A program made the position numbers and the translations under genes. From Thermomicrobiales bacterium (GTDB lineage Bacteria; Chloroflexota; Chloroflexia; Thermomicrobiales; UBA6265): a stretch of 64,000 nt of DNA. Shown here piece after piece: positions 49,335-57,519 of the stretch. The stretch is from positions 39,076 through 103,075 of the forward strand of contig JAGQGU010000034.1 in assembly GCA_020432165.1 (NCBI GenBank), in the 5' to 3' direction. The notes beneath the pieces are model-generated. The model saw nothing but the letters and a program-made list of their open reading frames with translations. It was not told the origin of the DNA and did no database searches. Each line of letters opens with the position of its first letter. The first letter of the stretch is position 1.

Positions 49335-49958
49335 TTGATACCACGAGCGTCGAAGCTGAGTGTTCTCGTCGTTTTGCTGCTGCTGTCTGCGTGTGGCGGA
49401 GGCGACAACAAGGCCGGTGATGAGGCTACATCTACGACTGCACCCGCTGCGAAATCGAGCAGTCCTGAAGTTTCGATCTCTACAGAAGGGACTGAATCTG
49501 GCGCGATAAGCAGTGATGATCAGGGGACGTGTTCACATTTTACCGCGGGCAAGTTCCAGTCTGACGCAGAGTTTCAGAAGGAAGTCTATGCTTGCGTAGA
49601 TGTTTATGACTGGCCGGTCGAGTATCCTGCGGATGCCAGCAAGATTGTGGAAAGAAGTAGTGATCCGAACTCCAGGAGTGAGTTGGGATTGGCACGTGGC
49701 TTAGTTGGCACTCTCAACCAGTGTTCATGGACGATGACGTGGCTGGACGCGTACAAGACCGGGGATACGGAGCGCCAGGCAGAGGCTATGACTGTGATGA
49801 CGGACGATATTCCGTATTACTACGATGGGGGCGACGATGGCATCCCTGACAGAAACAGTCAGAGGATTGTCGAAGGCGCGGAAATGGGTGATCCCACCGA
49901 GGCACAATTGTTCGTCACCGCAAACTGTCAGCCAGCCTACTGGGTGGTAGATCCATGA
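49335..49958 (+). CDS. Lipoprotein, unknown function
   Basis: TTG 49335 lies 4 nt after GGGAGGA. Lipobox LLLLSAC. A Ser/Thr-rich linker precedes a Cys-containing globular domain. Confidence 0.6.
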   Translation: MIPRASKLSVLVVLLLLSACGGGDNKAGDEATSTTAPAAKSSSPEVSISTEGTESGAISSDDQGTCSHFTAGKFQSDAEFQKEVYACVDVYDWPVEYPADASKIVERSSDPNSRSELGLARGLVGTLNQCSWTMTWLDAYKTGDTERQAEAMTVMTDDIPYYYDGGDDGIPDRNSQRIVEGAEMGDPTEAQLFVTANCQPAYWVVDP

Positions 49959-50629
49959 AGATATTGCTGACACGCCTTGCCCTTGTACTGCTATTGATAG
50001 CCATCTCCGCAGGCACGGCGTACCTTGTCGCCAGGAACACAGGAGGTGCGACTGGATCTGGGCTGGATACGGCAACACAGCCACCGATTCAGACCAGTGA
50101 TCGGGAGTTGGTCAGTCTTTCGGAACAGACGATCATGCCCATCTATTCCAGTGATGGCACGGTTGTGCAACAGGAGGATGGGAAATCGTGGATGATCGAA
50201 TCGCCCATCACACCGCAAACACTCGCCTACCGCTACATAAGTGCGCCCGTCGGCGTAAAAGGGCGGATCGGTGGCGGACCAGCTGGTTTCGATTGTGCCT
50301 GGATTGGTCTCGGGCAGGCTGCTGATGGCAGCGTGACCATGCAATGTGCAATTCCAGCCGATATCACGGTTGTCGCCGGATTACCTGCCACGATGGTCGT
50401 GCAGCTTTCCGAGCCGATAACTGCTATGGCATTACCCATTACAGCTGTGCTCGGTAGCGCCGAACAGGGTCAGGTGGTTGTGGTACATGATGACGGCACC
50501 ACGGAAGTTCGCGCTATCCAGATAGGCGCTACGGATTCCTTCTGGGTAGAGGTTACCGGTGGCCTTACAGAGGGAGAGTCGGTATTGGCGGTCCCCGTCG
50601 AGACGGACTTTCACACCAATACGCCGTGA
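49955..50629 (+). CDS. Membrane-anchored periplasmic-adaptor-like (HlyD/MFP beta-barrel) protein
   Basis: N-terminal TM helix. The C-terminal VVVVHDDGTTEVRAIQIGATDSFWVEVTGGLTEGESV segment resembles MFP barrel/MP domains. ATGA overlap with the upstream gene. Confidence 0.5.
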   Translation: MKILLTRLALVLLLIAISAGTAYLVARNTGGATGSGLDTATQPPIQTSDRELVSLSEQTIMPIYSSDGTVVQQEDGKSWMIESPITPQTLAYRYISAPVGVKGRIGGGPAGFDCAWIGLGQAADGSVTMQCAIPADITVVAGLPATMVVQLSEPITAMALPITAVLGSAEQGQVVVVHDDGTTEVRAIQIGATDSFWVEVTGGLTEGESVLAVPVETDFHTNTP

Positions 50630-51318
50630 CCCACATTCTTGAGCTGCGCGATATCACCAAGTCCTTTCGGTTACCTTCCGGTGAGTTGCTCACGATACTG
50701 AATGATCTTAATTTCCACATCGATCAGGGTGAGGTGGTATCCATCATCGGTCGGTCCGGCGAAGGGAAATCCACGCTGCTTAATCTGCTGGGGATGCTGG
50801 ACACGCCCACATCAGGAGCCTACCTCTGCGAGGGTGAGGATGTCGCCAAATATCGCGACGGCAAGCTTTCCCGGTTGCGTGGTTCTTTCTTTGGTTTTGT
50901 TTTTCAACAGTTCTTTCTGTCCGACCGACGTACAGCGCTGGAGAACGTCGCTGAACCATTTCTTTTCGGTCCTTCTGCTGGTCTTCCTTATCGCCTCGAG
51001 CGTGCGACTGAGTTACTGGAAAAGGTTGGCCTCTCTCATCGTTTACACGCCACACCCGATCAATTGAGTGGTGGGGAGCAACAGCGGGTCGCGATCGCCC
51101 GCGCATTGGCACGCCGCCCCAAGGTTGTGCTGGCGGATGAACCCACTGGGGCACTCGACGCTACCACGGGCGCGCGTATTATCGAGCTCCTGTTCGACCT
51201 GGTGCGGTCAGAGCAGTTGACGCTTATCCTCGTCAGCCATGATACCCAGATTGCCAGCCTTGCTGATCGTGTTCTCTCTCTTAGTGGTGGTCAACTCCAC
51301 GAGGAGGTGAGCATGTGA
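50626..51318 (+). CDS. ABC transporter ATP-binding protein (MacB/LolD type)
   Basis: Walker A GRSGEGKST, LSGGEQQRVAIARAL, VVLADEPTGALD. Confidence 0.85.
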   Translation: MTHILELRDITKSFRLPSGELLTILNDLNFHIDQGEVVSIIGRSGEGKSTLLNLLGMLDTPTSGAYLCEGEDVAKYRDGKLSRLRGSFFGFVFQQFFLSDRRTALENVAEPFLFGPSAGLPYRLERATELLEKVGLSHRLHATPDQLSGGEQQRVAIARALARRPKVVLADEPTGALDATTGARIIELLFDLVRSEQLTLILVSHDTQIASLADRVLSLSGGQLHEEVSM

Positions 51319-52547
51319 AGGGCACCGTTATCGCGGCCTGGCTTGATGTTCGTAGCAAGCCGCTTCGCACGATTGTGGCGACGGCAGGGATGATCGCGGC
51401 GATTATTGCCGTGGTGGTGGTCGATGCCGCTGGCATTCTCTCGGCGCATGCCAATGCGGAGCATCTCATGCGCACCTACGGAAGGCCCGCCACATTCCTT
51501 GTTGGCCCTACTGGAGAATTCACACAGGATGCGGATGATCTGGCTATACGGATGGCGGAATTCGAATCGTTTATGCAACGCAATGGTGTCTCCCAAATCT
51601 CTCCTTATATGGAAGTTGGTATTGCCATCGTTCGTGATGGACAAGCCACGGCTGCACCTACGATGTGGGTGAACTCCAGCTTTGTTGATATCGGCGTGAT
51701 CTCACTGCGATCTGGGACGTTCCCGGACAGCACGGCAGATGCCTTGTCCGTGCATGTGGTGGTTACGACCGATTTCGCTCAGTCGCTTGGATTCACACCT
51801 GAAGCCGCGATTGGTCAGGTTCTCACCTACGCTACGCCATACTCTGGCTCGAATGTCGTGAACGATATCCGCACGGAACCCCTTCTGTCTTTGGTGATCG
51901 ATGGGGTGGCGGATACGCTTGGCCCCGGCCTGTCATCGATGCAGATGCTGGTAGTAACGGACAAGTACCCTGCTGAACTGATGAATAGTCAAAGTGTGTC
52001 TTGGATTCTCACTGTGAACTCATCAGACGTGGAGTTCGTCCAGCAGCTTGTCAGCAAGGCATTTCCGGAATTGGCCAATCCGGAGCCGGCTCTCCGCGCG
52101 GTTCACATCGATCAGGGCGAGAATCTGCAGCCGCTGCTTGATCAGCAAGGGGTTACAGCCAGGGCTGTTCAGGCCGTTGCCCTTTCTATTGGCGGGCTGG
52201 GGATATTGGGTGTCGGTCTGGCCAGCGTGCGGGAGCGCGGTCAGGAGTACGGATTGCGCAGAGCGTTAGGCGCCAGCAAGGTCGGTGTGTTCAGCGGAGT
52301 TATCCTGCAGACACTGATCGAAACGCTCCTGGCCGCGATTGTGGCATTACCAGCCGCAGCGATCCTCGTGCAGATGTTCGCCCGCAAGCTGGTGCTGGCA
52401 CAGCTACCGCTTCCTCAATCCACGCTCCTGCCGGTTCGTAGCGCCGTGATAGGGTTGGTTGCGGCTCTCGTGGTTGGGTTGGTGGCCGGGATGATTCCCG
52501 CGATACGGGCGGCACGGGCAAGCGTGGTGCAGGCCCTGCGCAGTTAG
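51315..52547 (+). CDS. ABC transporter permease, FtsX/MacB type
   Basis: One N-terminal TM helix, a large extracytoplasmic domain and a C-terminal three-helix FtsX domain. GTG overlaps the ATPase stop. Confidence 0.8.
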   Translation: MKGTVIAAWLDVRSKPLRTIVATAGMIAAIIAVVVVDAAGILSAHANAEHLMRTYGRPATFLVGPTGEFTQDADDLAIRMAEFESFMQRNGVSQISPYMEVGIAIVRDGQATAAPTMWVNSSFVDIGVISLRSGTFPDSTADALSVHVVVTTDFAQSLGFTPEAAIGQVLTYATPYSGSNVVNDIRTEPLLSLVIDGVADTLGPGLSSMQMLVVTDKYPAELMNSQSVSWILTVNSSDVEFVQQLVSKAFPELANPEPALRAVHIDQGENLQPLLDQQGVTARAVQAVALSIGGLGILGVGLASVRERGQEYGLRRALGASKVGVFSGVILQTLIETLLAAIVALPAAAILVQMFARKLVLAQLPLPQSTLLPVRSAVIGLVAALVVGLVAGMIPAIRAARASVVQALRS

Positions 52548-52612
52548 AACGGATTAGCGGTGTGTTGTCGCGTGTCAATACATCCAGAACGCGCTTTGGT
52601 GGGATACCGGCG

Positions 52613-53470
52613 CTATTCTCGCGGCAAAACGCCCGCCATTTTCTCCGGATTGCGGATCGTGAGCACATGTGTCACGTGTGATTCGTTGCTGAGGAATGTC
52701 CAGACGGAGTCGAGCTCTCCCGTATCCGCGTAGATCAGAATGCCCAGACTGCCGTTGATTACTGCTACCTCAACGCGCCAACCATCTCGCCGGGAGGTGA
52801 GACCAATCAGACCGCGCGCCACCTTGTCGGCACCTGCCACCGGTCTGGCTGTCGCCGGGCGAATACCGCCACCGTCACCAATCCACGTCGCGTCAGCACT
52901 CAGCAATTCGATCAATGCTGTTGTATCGCCGGCATGAAGCGTTCGCAGGAATGCTTCCGCCAGGTTCGGCGGTGCTGGCCGCACCGCGTGTTCCGGCACA
53001 GCATCCAGTTTCTGGCGTGCTCGTCGGTAGATCTGCCGCGTGTTCTCCACGCGCTGACCCGTGATTTCGGCTATCTCGACAAAGCTCATCTCCAGTGTGG
53101 TGCGCAGCACCCACACTGCGCGTTGGTCCGGGGTGAGGTGTTCCAGCATAAGCAGCAGCGCCATGCTGAGATCCTCGCGCAGGATCGCTTCCGCCTCCGG
53201 TCCGCGGAAATACGATTCCGGTGAGATCGGCTCCGGAAGCCACGGCCCGTGATAGCCTGTGGCGGTGCGTTTTGCGGTTCTGAGCGTATCGATAGCCAGA
53301 TTGCTGACGGTGCGATAGAGCCAGGCGGGCTCGGATTCTACCTTTCCGGCAGGCTGGTCCAGGAGCCGTGCCCACGCCTCCTGGATCGCATCTTCAGCAT
53401 CGCTGACCGAGCCCGTCATGCGATAGGCGAGGGCAAAGAGCTTGGGATAGGTCTCCTGATAAACGCTCAT
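52613..53470 (-). CDS. ECF41-type (SigJ-like) RNA polymerase sigma factor with fused SnoaL-like C-terminal domain
   Basis: Sigma region 2 (FALAYRMTGSVSDAEDAIQEAW) and region 4 (SFVEIAEITGQRVENTRQIYRRAR), plus a C-terminal extension of about 100 aa. ATGA overlap with the upstream CMD gene. Confidence 0.85.
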   Translation of the reverse strand: MSVYQETYPKLFALAYRMTGSVSDAEDAIQEAWARLLDQPAGKVESEPAWLYRTVSNLAIDTLRTAKRTATGYHGPWLPEPISPESYFRGPEAEAILREDLSMALLLMLEHLTPDQRAVWVLRTTLEMSFVEIAEITGQRVENTRQIYRRARQKLDAVPEHAVRPAPPNLAEAFLRTLHAGDTTALIELLSADATWIGDGGGIRPATARPVAGADKVARGLIGLTSRRDGWRVEVAVINGSLGILIYADTGELDSVWTFLSNESHVTHVLTIRNPEKMAGVLPRE

Positions 53471-53985
53471 TGTGCTCCATCGAACGCGAACGGCTCTGGT
53501 TGCGTTCCAAACCCGATACTCAGTCGATTCCAGCTATTGATCGCGATGATCAGTGTGGTCAGATCAACCATCTCCTGTTCCGAGAAGACCGTGCGGCACT
53601 CCTCATAGAGCTCATCGGAGACATTGCCTGCCGCCAGATCAGTCAGTGCTTCCGTCCAGGCGAGTGCCGCTCGCTCGCGATCCGAATACCACGGGCATTC
53701 GCGCCATGCTGGCAGTGTTGCCAATCGATCCGGTCGCTCACCCAGCTTGAGGGCATCCCGATGATGCATGGAGAGGCAGAACGCGCAGCCATTGATCTGC
53801 GATGCCCGGATTTTCACGAATTCCTGGATCGATTTCTCGATCGTGCCGGACTCTCCCAGCTTCTGAATATCCAGATTCTCCTTGCGGAATGGTGCCATGA
53901 GCACCGGATCGGAGAGTCGCTGGTTATGCTGCCCCTCCTTGATAAAGATATTCAGGAATCGGGAGGCAGTGCGCGATCGCAACAT
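53467..53985 (-). CDS. Carboxymuconolactone decarboxylase (AhpD-like) family protein
   Basis: CxxC motif NGCAFCLSMH. ATG 53985 follows AAAGGAG. Confidence 0.8.
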   Translation of the reverse strand: MLRSRTASRFLNIFIKEGQHNQRLSDPVLMAPFRKENLDIQKLGESGTIEKSIQEFVKIRASQINGCAFCLSMHHRDALKLGERPDRLATLPAWRECPWYSDRERAALAWTEALTDLAAGNVSDELYEECRTVFSEQEMVDLTTLIIAINSWNRLSIGFGTQPEPFAFDGAQ

Positions 53986-54023
53986 GGGTTGCTCCTTTCG
54001 AGTACGAATGGTTTCAGACTCTA

Positions 54024-54050
54024 GACGGAGCATAGCCCGAAAACGTGACA
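54024..54050 (-). promoter_or_regulatory. ECF41-type promoter (TGTCACG-N16-CGTC)
   Basis: The minus strand reads TGTCACG (54050-54044), then a 16-nt spacer, then CGTC (54027-54024), about 38 nt upstream of the CMD start. It matches the published ECF41 target motif TGTCACA-N16-CGTC as I recall it. Confidence 0.65.
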
Positions 54051-54057
54051 CATCGTA

Positions 54058-54212
54058 TTAAGCGGTACAGCCGGTGGAGCAATGCTCAACACCGGCCGAC
54101 CTGGGGTGGGGGAGGAGAGATGTTGAAGGGGCTTTGGGTTCCTTTCAACACTCGTAGTATCGCTGTGGCAATTGAGAATTCCCTGAGAGATAGCTGAAAT
54201 GTTGCTGAATTC
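54058..54212. repeat. 155-bp dispersed repeat, copy 2
   Basis: Near-identical to 48891-49044. It begins 7 nt beyond the -35 element of the ECF41 promoter and ends 100 nt before mazE. Confidence 0.85.
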
Positions 54213-54312
54213 GTTTTGGATGCAATACCTCTGGTAGCTAACCCTCACGATACAGAGGTGTACCTTTTCGTATACCAATTCGTGTATGATCTGGTAGAAA
54301 GGAGATCAGAAT

Positions 54313-54588
54313 ATGGCAAGATCCTCGGCGGTAACGGTAAAGATTCCGACGCAAACTCACATTAAGCTTCTCCAACTCGCGCATGAAGATGACGTTTCCA
54401 TGGGCGAGATCATTACTGATCTTGTAAATCGGTATGAGACCGAGCGCTTTTGGCAAGGCGTCAAAGAGGACTACGATCGTCTCAAGCGTGATCCCGTGGC
54501 CTGGCAAGAATATATCGATGAGGTCAAGGAGATCGATGCCGCTGGATTTGATGATCCAGACGGCCTGTTGTTTGGTGATGAAGAATGA
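54313..54588 (+). CDS. Ribbon-helix-helix antitoxin (MazE-position)
   Basis: N-terminal beta-strand/helix pattern (VTVKIPTQTHIKLLQLAHEDDVSMGEIITDLV) and an acidic C-terminus. ATGA overlap with the toxin gene. Confidence 0.75.
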   Translation: MARSSAVTVKIPTQTHIKLLQLAHEDDVSMGEIITDLVNRYETERFWQGVKEDYDRLKRDPVAWQEYIDEVKEIDAAGFDDPDGLLFGDEE

Positions 54589-54938
54589 CATTCCACCAAG
54601 GGGAAGTATGGTACGCATACCTGGGGCCAGTCGTTGGCGTAGAGCAGGATGGTCGCCGCCCGGTACTTGTCGTCTCTAACGATATGTTCAACTCCATCGA
54701 CAACAACCTGGTCTGGATTGTCCCACTTACGCGTACCATTAGGGGCATTGGGTTTCATGTCATTGTTGATCCGCCCGAGGGCGGCTTAACCGATCGCTCT
54801 GCGATCATGTGTGAGCAGATTCGGGCTGTGGACAGGAGCCGGTTGAAGAAGCTCCAGGGAGCCGTTGATAGTGAGACTATGACTGCGGTTCTTCGACTAC
54901 TTTCAACAATTCCAAGATCAATGCAACCTGAGCAGTAA
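54585..54938 (+). CDS. mazF: MazF/PemK-family endoribonuclease toxin
   Basis: GEVWYAYLGPVVGVEQDGRRPVLVVSND ... VPLT ... signature. 117 aa. Confidence 0.9.
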   Translation: MTFHQGEVWYAYLGPVVGVEQDGRRPVLVVSNDMFNSIDNNLVWIVPLTRTIRGIGFHVIVDPPEGGLTDRSAIMCEQIRAVDRSRLKKLQGAVDSETMTAVLRLLSTIPRSMQPEQ

Positions 54939-55005
54939 CTCGATCACCGACTGATGATGAAGTGGGCAGCCACCGAGTTACTGCGTGCCCTAATTGCGAA
55001 GGTGG

Positions 55006-55467
55006 CTATTCTCCTGCCGGTACCTCAAACGCGAATGCCTGACCCGTGCCGAAGGCGGTGTTAATCCGATTCCAGGTGTTGATGCTGAGGATCGCCCAGG
55101 TGAGATCCACCATCTCCTCTTCGGTGAAATGTACACGAACGGCATCGTATTGGGCATCGCTCACGTGTGTATCCGCGTTACGCGTGAGTGCTTCGGTCCA
55201 CTCCAGGGCCGCCTCTTCCCGCGGCGAAAAGATTCCGGCTTCCTGCCAGACATTGATCATTGCCAGATGATCGACCCGCATCCCCAGCGCCAGCGCAGCC
55301 TTCCAGTGCGCGGCCAGGCAGCGACCGCAGCCAGTGATCTGCGAGGAGCGAATGCGAGCCAGTTCCAGTGTCGTCTCTTCCACCGTCGTTGAGGCAACCG
55401 CCTTGCTGAATTCGCCCAGTGCAGCGCGGCCGGGGTTGAGCATTTTGATATCGGATAGTCGGGCCAT
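55006..55467 (-). CDS. Carboxymuconolactone decarboxylase (AhpD-like) family protein, second paralogue
   Basis: CxxC motif TGCGRCLAAH. 153 aa. Confidence 0.8.
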   Translation of the reverse strand: MARLSDIKMLNPGRAALGEFSKAVASTTVEETTLELARIRSSQITGCGRCLAAHWKAALALGMRVDHLAMINVWQEAGIFSPREEAALEWTEALTRNADTHVSDAQYDAVRVHFTEEEMVDLTWAILSINTWNRINTAFGTGQAFAFEVPAGE

Positions 55468-55552
55468 GTCTCTTCCTTTGATACACAGTTAAGTCGCAAC
55501 TCAATCGAGTCGTGATACATATAGTAACTATACTTTGGAAAGAATAGAACCC

Positions 55553-56335
55553 CTACAGCGGAATCTCACTGGTACTCAGGACCAACGGGCAGTTGAGATA
55601 GGGGTGTTGCATAACCACCATCGGGCAACCGAAGGTCTGCTGCAGCACCGATTGGTCGGCCACCTCCCACGGTGTACCCACCGCTGCGATGCGGCCTTCG
55701 TCCATGAGAACCAACCTGTCGGCATAGGTAAACGCCAGATTGATATCATGCACGATCGCCACCACCGTGCCCCCATCGCGCGCGATACCCCTGGCGACGG
55801 TCATGACATCGTGTTGATGACGCAGATCGAGACTCGCCGTCGGTTCGTCCAGGAGGATCACCGGTGTAGATTGTGTCAACACCCGGGCAAAACTCACACG
55901 GCTCTGTTCGCCACCGGAGAGTTGCGGAAAGAGCCGCTCGCGCAGATGTGCGGTTTCCGTATGTGTCATCGCCGCGGTGATGGCCTCATGTTCCTGTTGG
56001 GGCGAAGCTGGTGGCAATGCGCTTCGGCCCATCGCCACGACTTCCTCGGCGCGAAAGGCGAATTGCAGAAAGGTGCTCTGGGGGAGTACCGCTCGCTGCC
56101 GGGCCAGATCGCGTGCCGACCACTCTCTCATTTCCCGGTTGCGGAAGCGCACGGTGCCGCGGTCCGGGGGGATATCCCCGGCCATCACACCCACCAGGGT
56201 CGATTTTCCGGCGCCGTTGGGGCCGAGAATCACGGTGACCTCACCGGAGGCGACTTCCAGCGAGATATCGTCGATCAACGTATTCTCGCCTCGAATCACG
56301 CTGAGGTTACGAATCTCGTAGACAGCCTCGGTCAT
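55553..56335 (-). CDS. Haem/iron-siderophore-type ABC importer ATP-binding protein
   Basis: Walker A GPNGAGKST, LSGGEQSRVSFARVL, VILLDEPTASLD. ATGA overlap with the permease gene. Confidence 0.85.
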   Translation of the reverse strand: MTEAVYEIRNLSVIRGENTLIDDISLEVASGEVTVILGPNGAGKSTLVGVMAGDIPPDRGTVRFRNREMREWSARDLARQRAVLPQSTFLQFAFRAEEVVAMGRSALPPASPQQEHEAITAAMTHTETAHLRERLFPQLSGGEQSRVSFARVLTQSTPVILLDEPTASLDLRHQHDVMTVARGIARDGGTVVAIVHDINLAFTYADRLVLMDEGRIAAVGTPWEVADQSVLQQTFGCPMVVMQHPYLNCPLVLSTSEIPL

Positions 56336-57519
56336 CCCCAGCCTCCCTGGCGATCCCGCATACGCAGTAATAACCACAGGAAGAATGGCCCACCTACCAG
56401 GCTCATGGTTACCCCAATCGGAATCTCCCGCGGTTGAGCTATCGTGCGACTGATGAGATCGGCGAAGAGTAGAAGTGTTGCCCCCGCGATAGTGGCCAAC
56501 GGCAACAGCCTGTGGTGATCCGGACCACGCAACAATCGGATCAGATGGGGAACCACCAGCCCGACAAAACCGATCGTGCCGGTGAAGGCGACCCCGCTGC
56601 CCACCATCATCGCCACCGCGACGATCAATATCACGCGCACCTGTTCAATCTCGATACCGAGGTGTCGGGCCTCCCGCTCCCCCAATGCCAGCAGATTTAG
56701 GGCATTGGCACGCCGGATGCACACGATGCTGCCAACAAATGTGACCAGCGTAACGATTCCCACCTGACTCCAACGCGCCCCACCCAGGCTACCCAGCGTC
56801 CAGAAGGTGATCGAACGGAGCTGGGCATCGGTGGCAATCGTCATAAGCATCCCGATAGCAGCGCCGAGGATAGCCGTGATCGCTACACCCGCCAGGATCA
56901 GGGTGACGACCTCGGTGCGGCCATTGTGACGAGCAATGGTGTAAACCAGCAGAGTGGTCAGCATTGCGCCAAGGAATGCCGCAAAAGGGAGTGTCCACAT
57001 TCCGAAGAAGCTTAGCCCGGCCACAATTGCCAGAATCGCGCCGAGCGATGCCCCGGTACTCACACCGATCAGCCCGGGATCGGCCAGGGGATTGCGAAAG
57101 AGTCCCTGCATGGATGCGCCGGAGACAGCCAGGCCGGCGCCGACAACCGTGGCCAGCAATGTGCGCGGCAGACGGATATTCCAAACCACGCTATCGATCT
57201 GGCGGGTATAGGGCACATCGATCCAGTGGACGATATTGGCGACTACTCCGATGTTCATCAGCCAGCTGCCGATGGCTTCCAATGGTGATGCGAGCAAGGA
57301 ATCGTCCAGCAAGCCCCAGATATGCACAGAGATGATGCTGACGATCTGCCGGGGCGATGCCTCCACCGCACCCATGCCGATATTCAGGAAGAGTGCGATC
57401 ACCAGCGCGAGCACAAACCACCACTGGATCATTTCCGGGGCGAAGAACGAAACCCGGCGGGAGGAAACTTCCTCCCGCGCGGGTGCCGTTGAACTCGTGC
57501 TGTGCTCGCGCGATGTCAT
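56332..57519 (-). CDS. FecCD-family iron/haem/B12-type ABC importer permease
   Basis: About ten TM helices, RLPRTLLA and the GxxG-rich FecCD core. ATGA overlap with the SBP gene. Confidence 0.85.
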   Translation of the reverse strand: MTSREHSTSSTAPAREEVSSRRVSFFAPEMIQWWFVLALVIALFLNIGMGAVEASPRQIVSIISVHIWGLLDDSLLASPLEAIGSWLMNIGVVANIVHWIDVPYTRQIDSVVWNIRLPRTLLATVVGAGLAVSGASMQGLFRNPLADPGLIGVSTGASLGAILAIVAGLSFFGMWTLPFAAFLGAMLTTLLVYTIARHNGRTEVVTLILAGVAITAILGAAIGMLMTIATDAQLRSITFWTLGSLGGARWSQVGIVTLVTFVGSIVCIRRANALNLLALGEREARHLGIEIEQVRVILIVAVAMMVGSGVAFTGTIGFVGLVVPHLIRLLRGPDHHRLLPLATIAGATLLLFADLISRTIAQPREIPIGVTMSLVGGPFFLWLLLRMRDRQGGWG

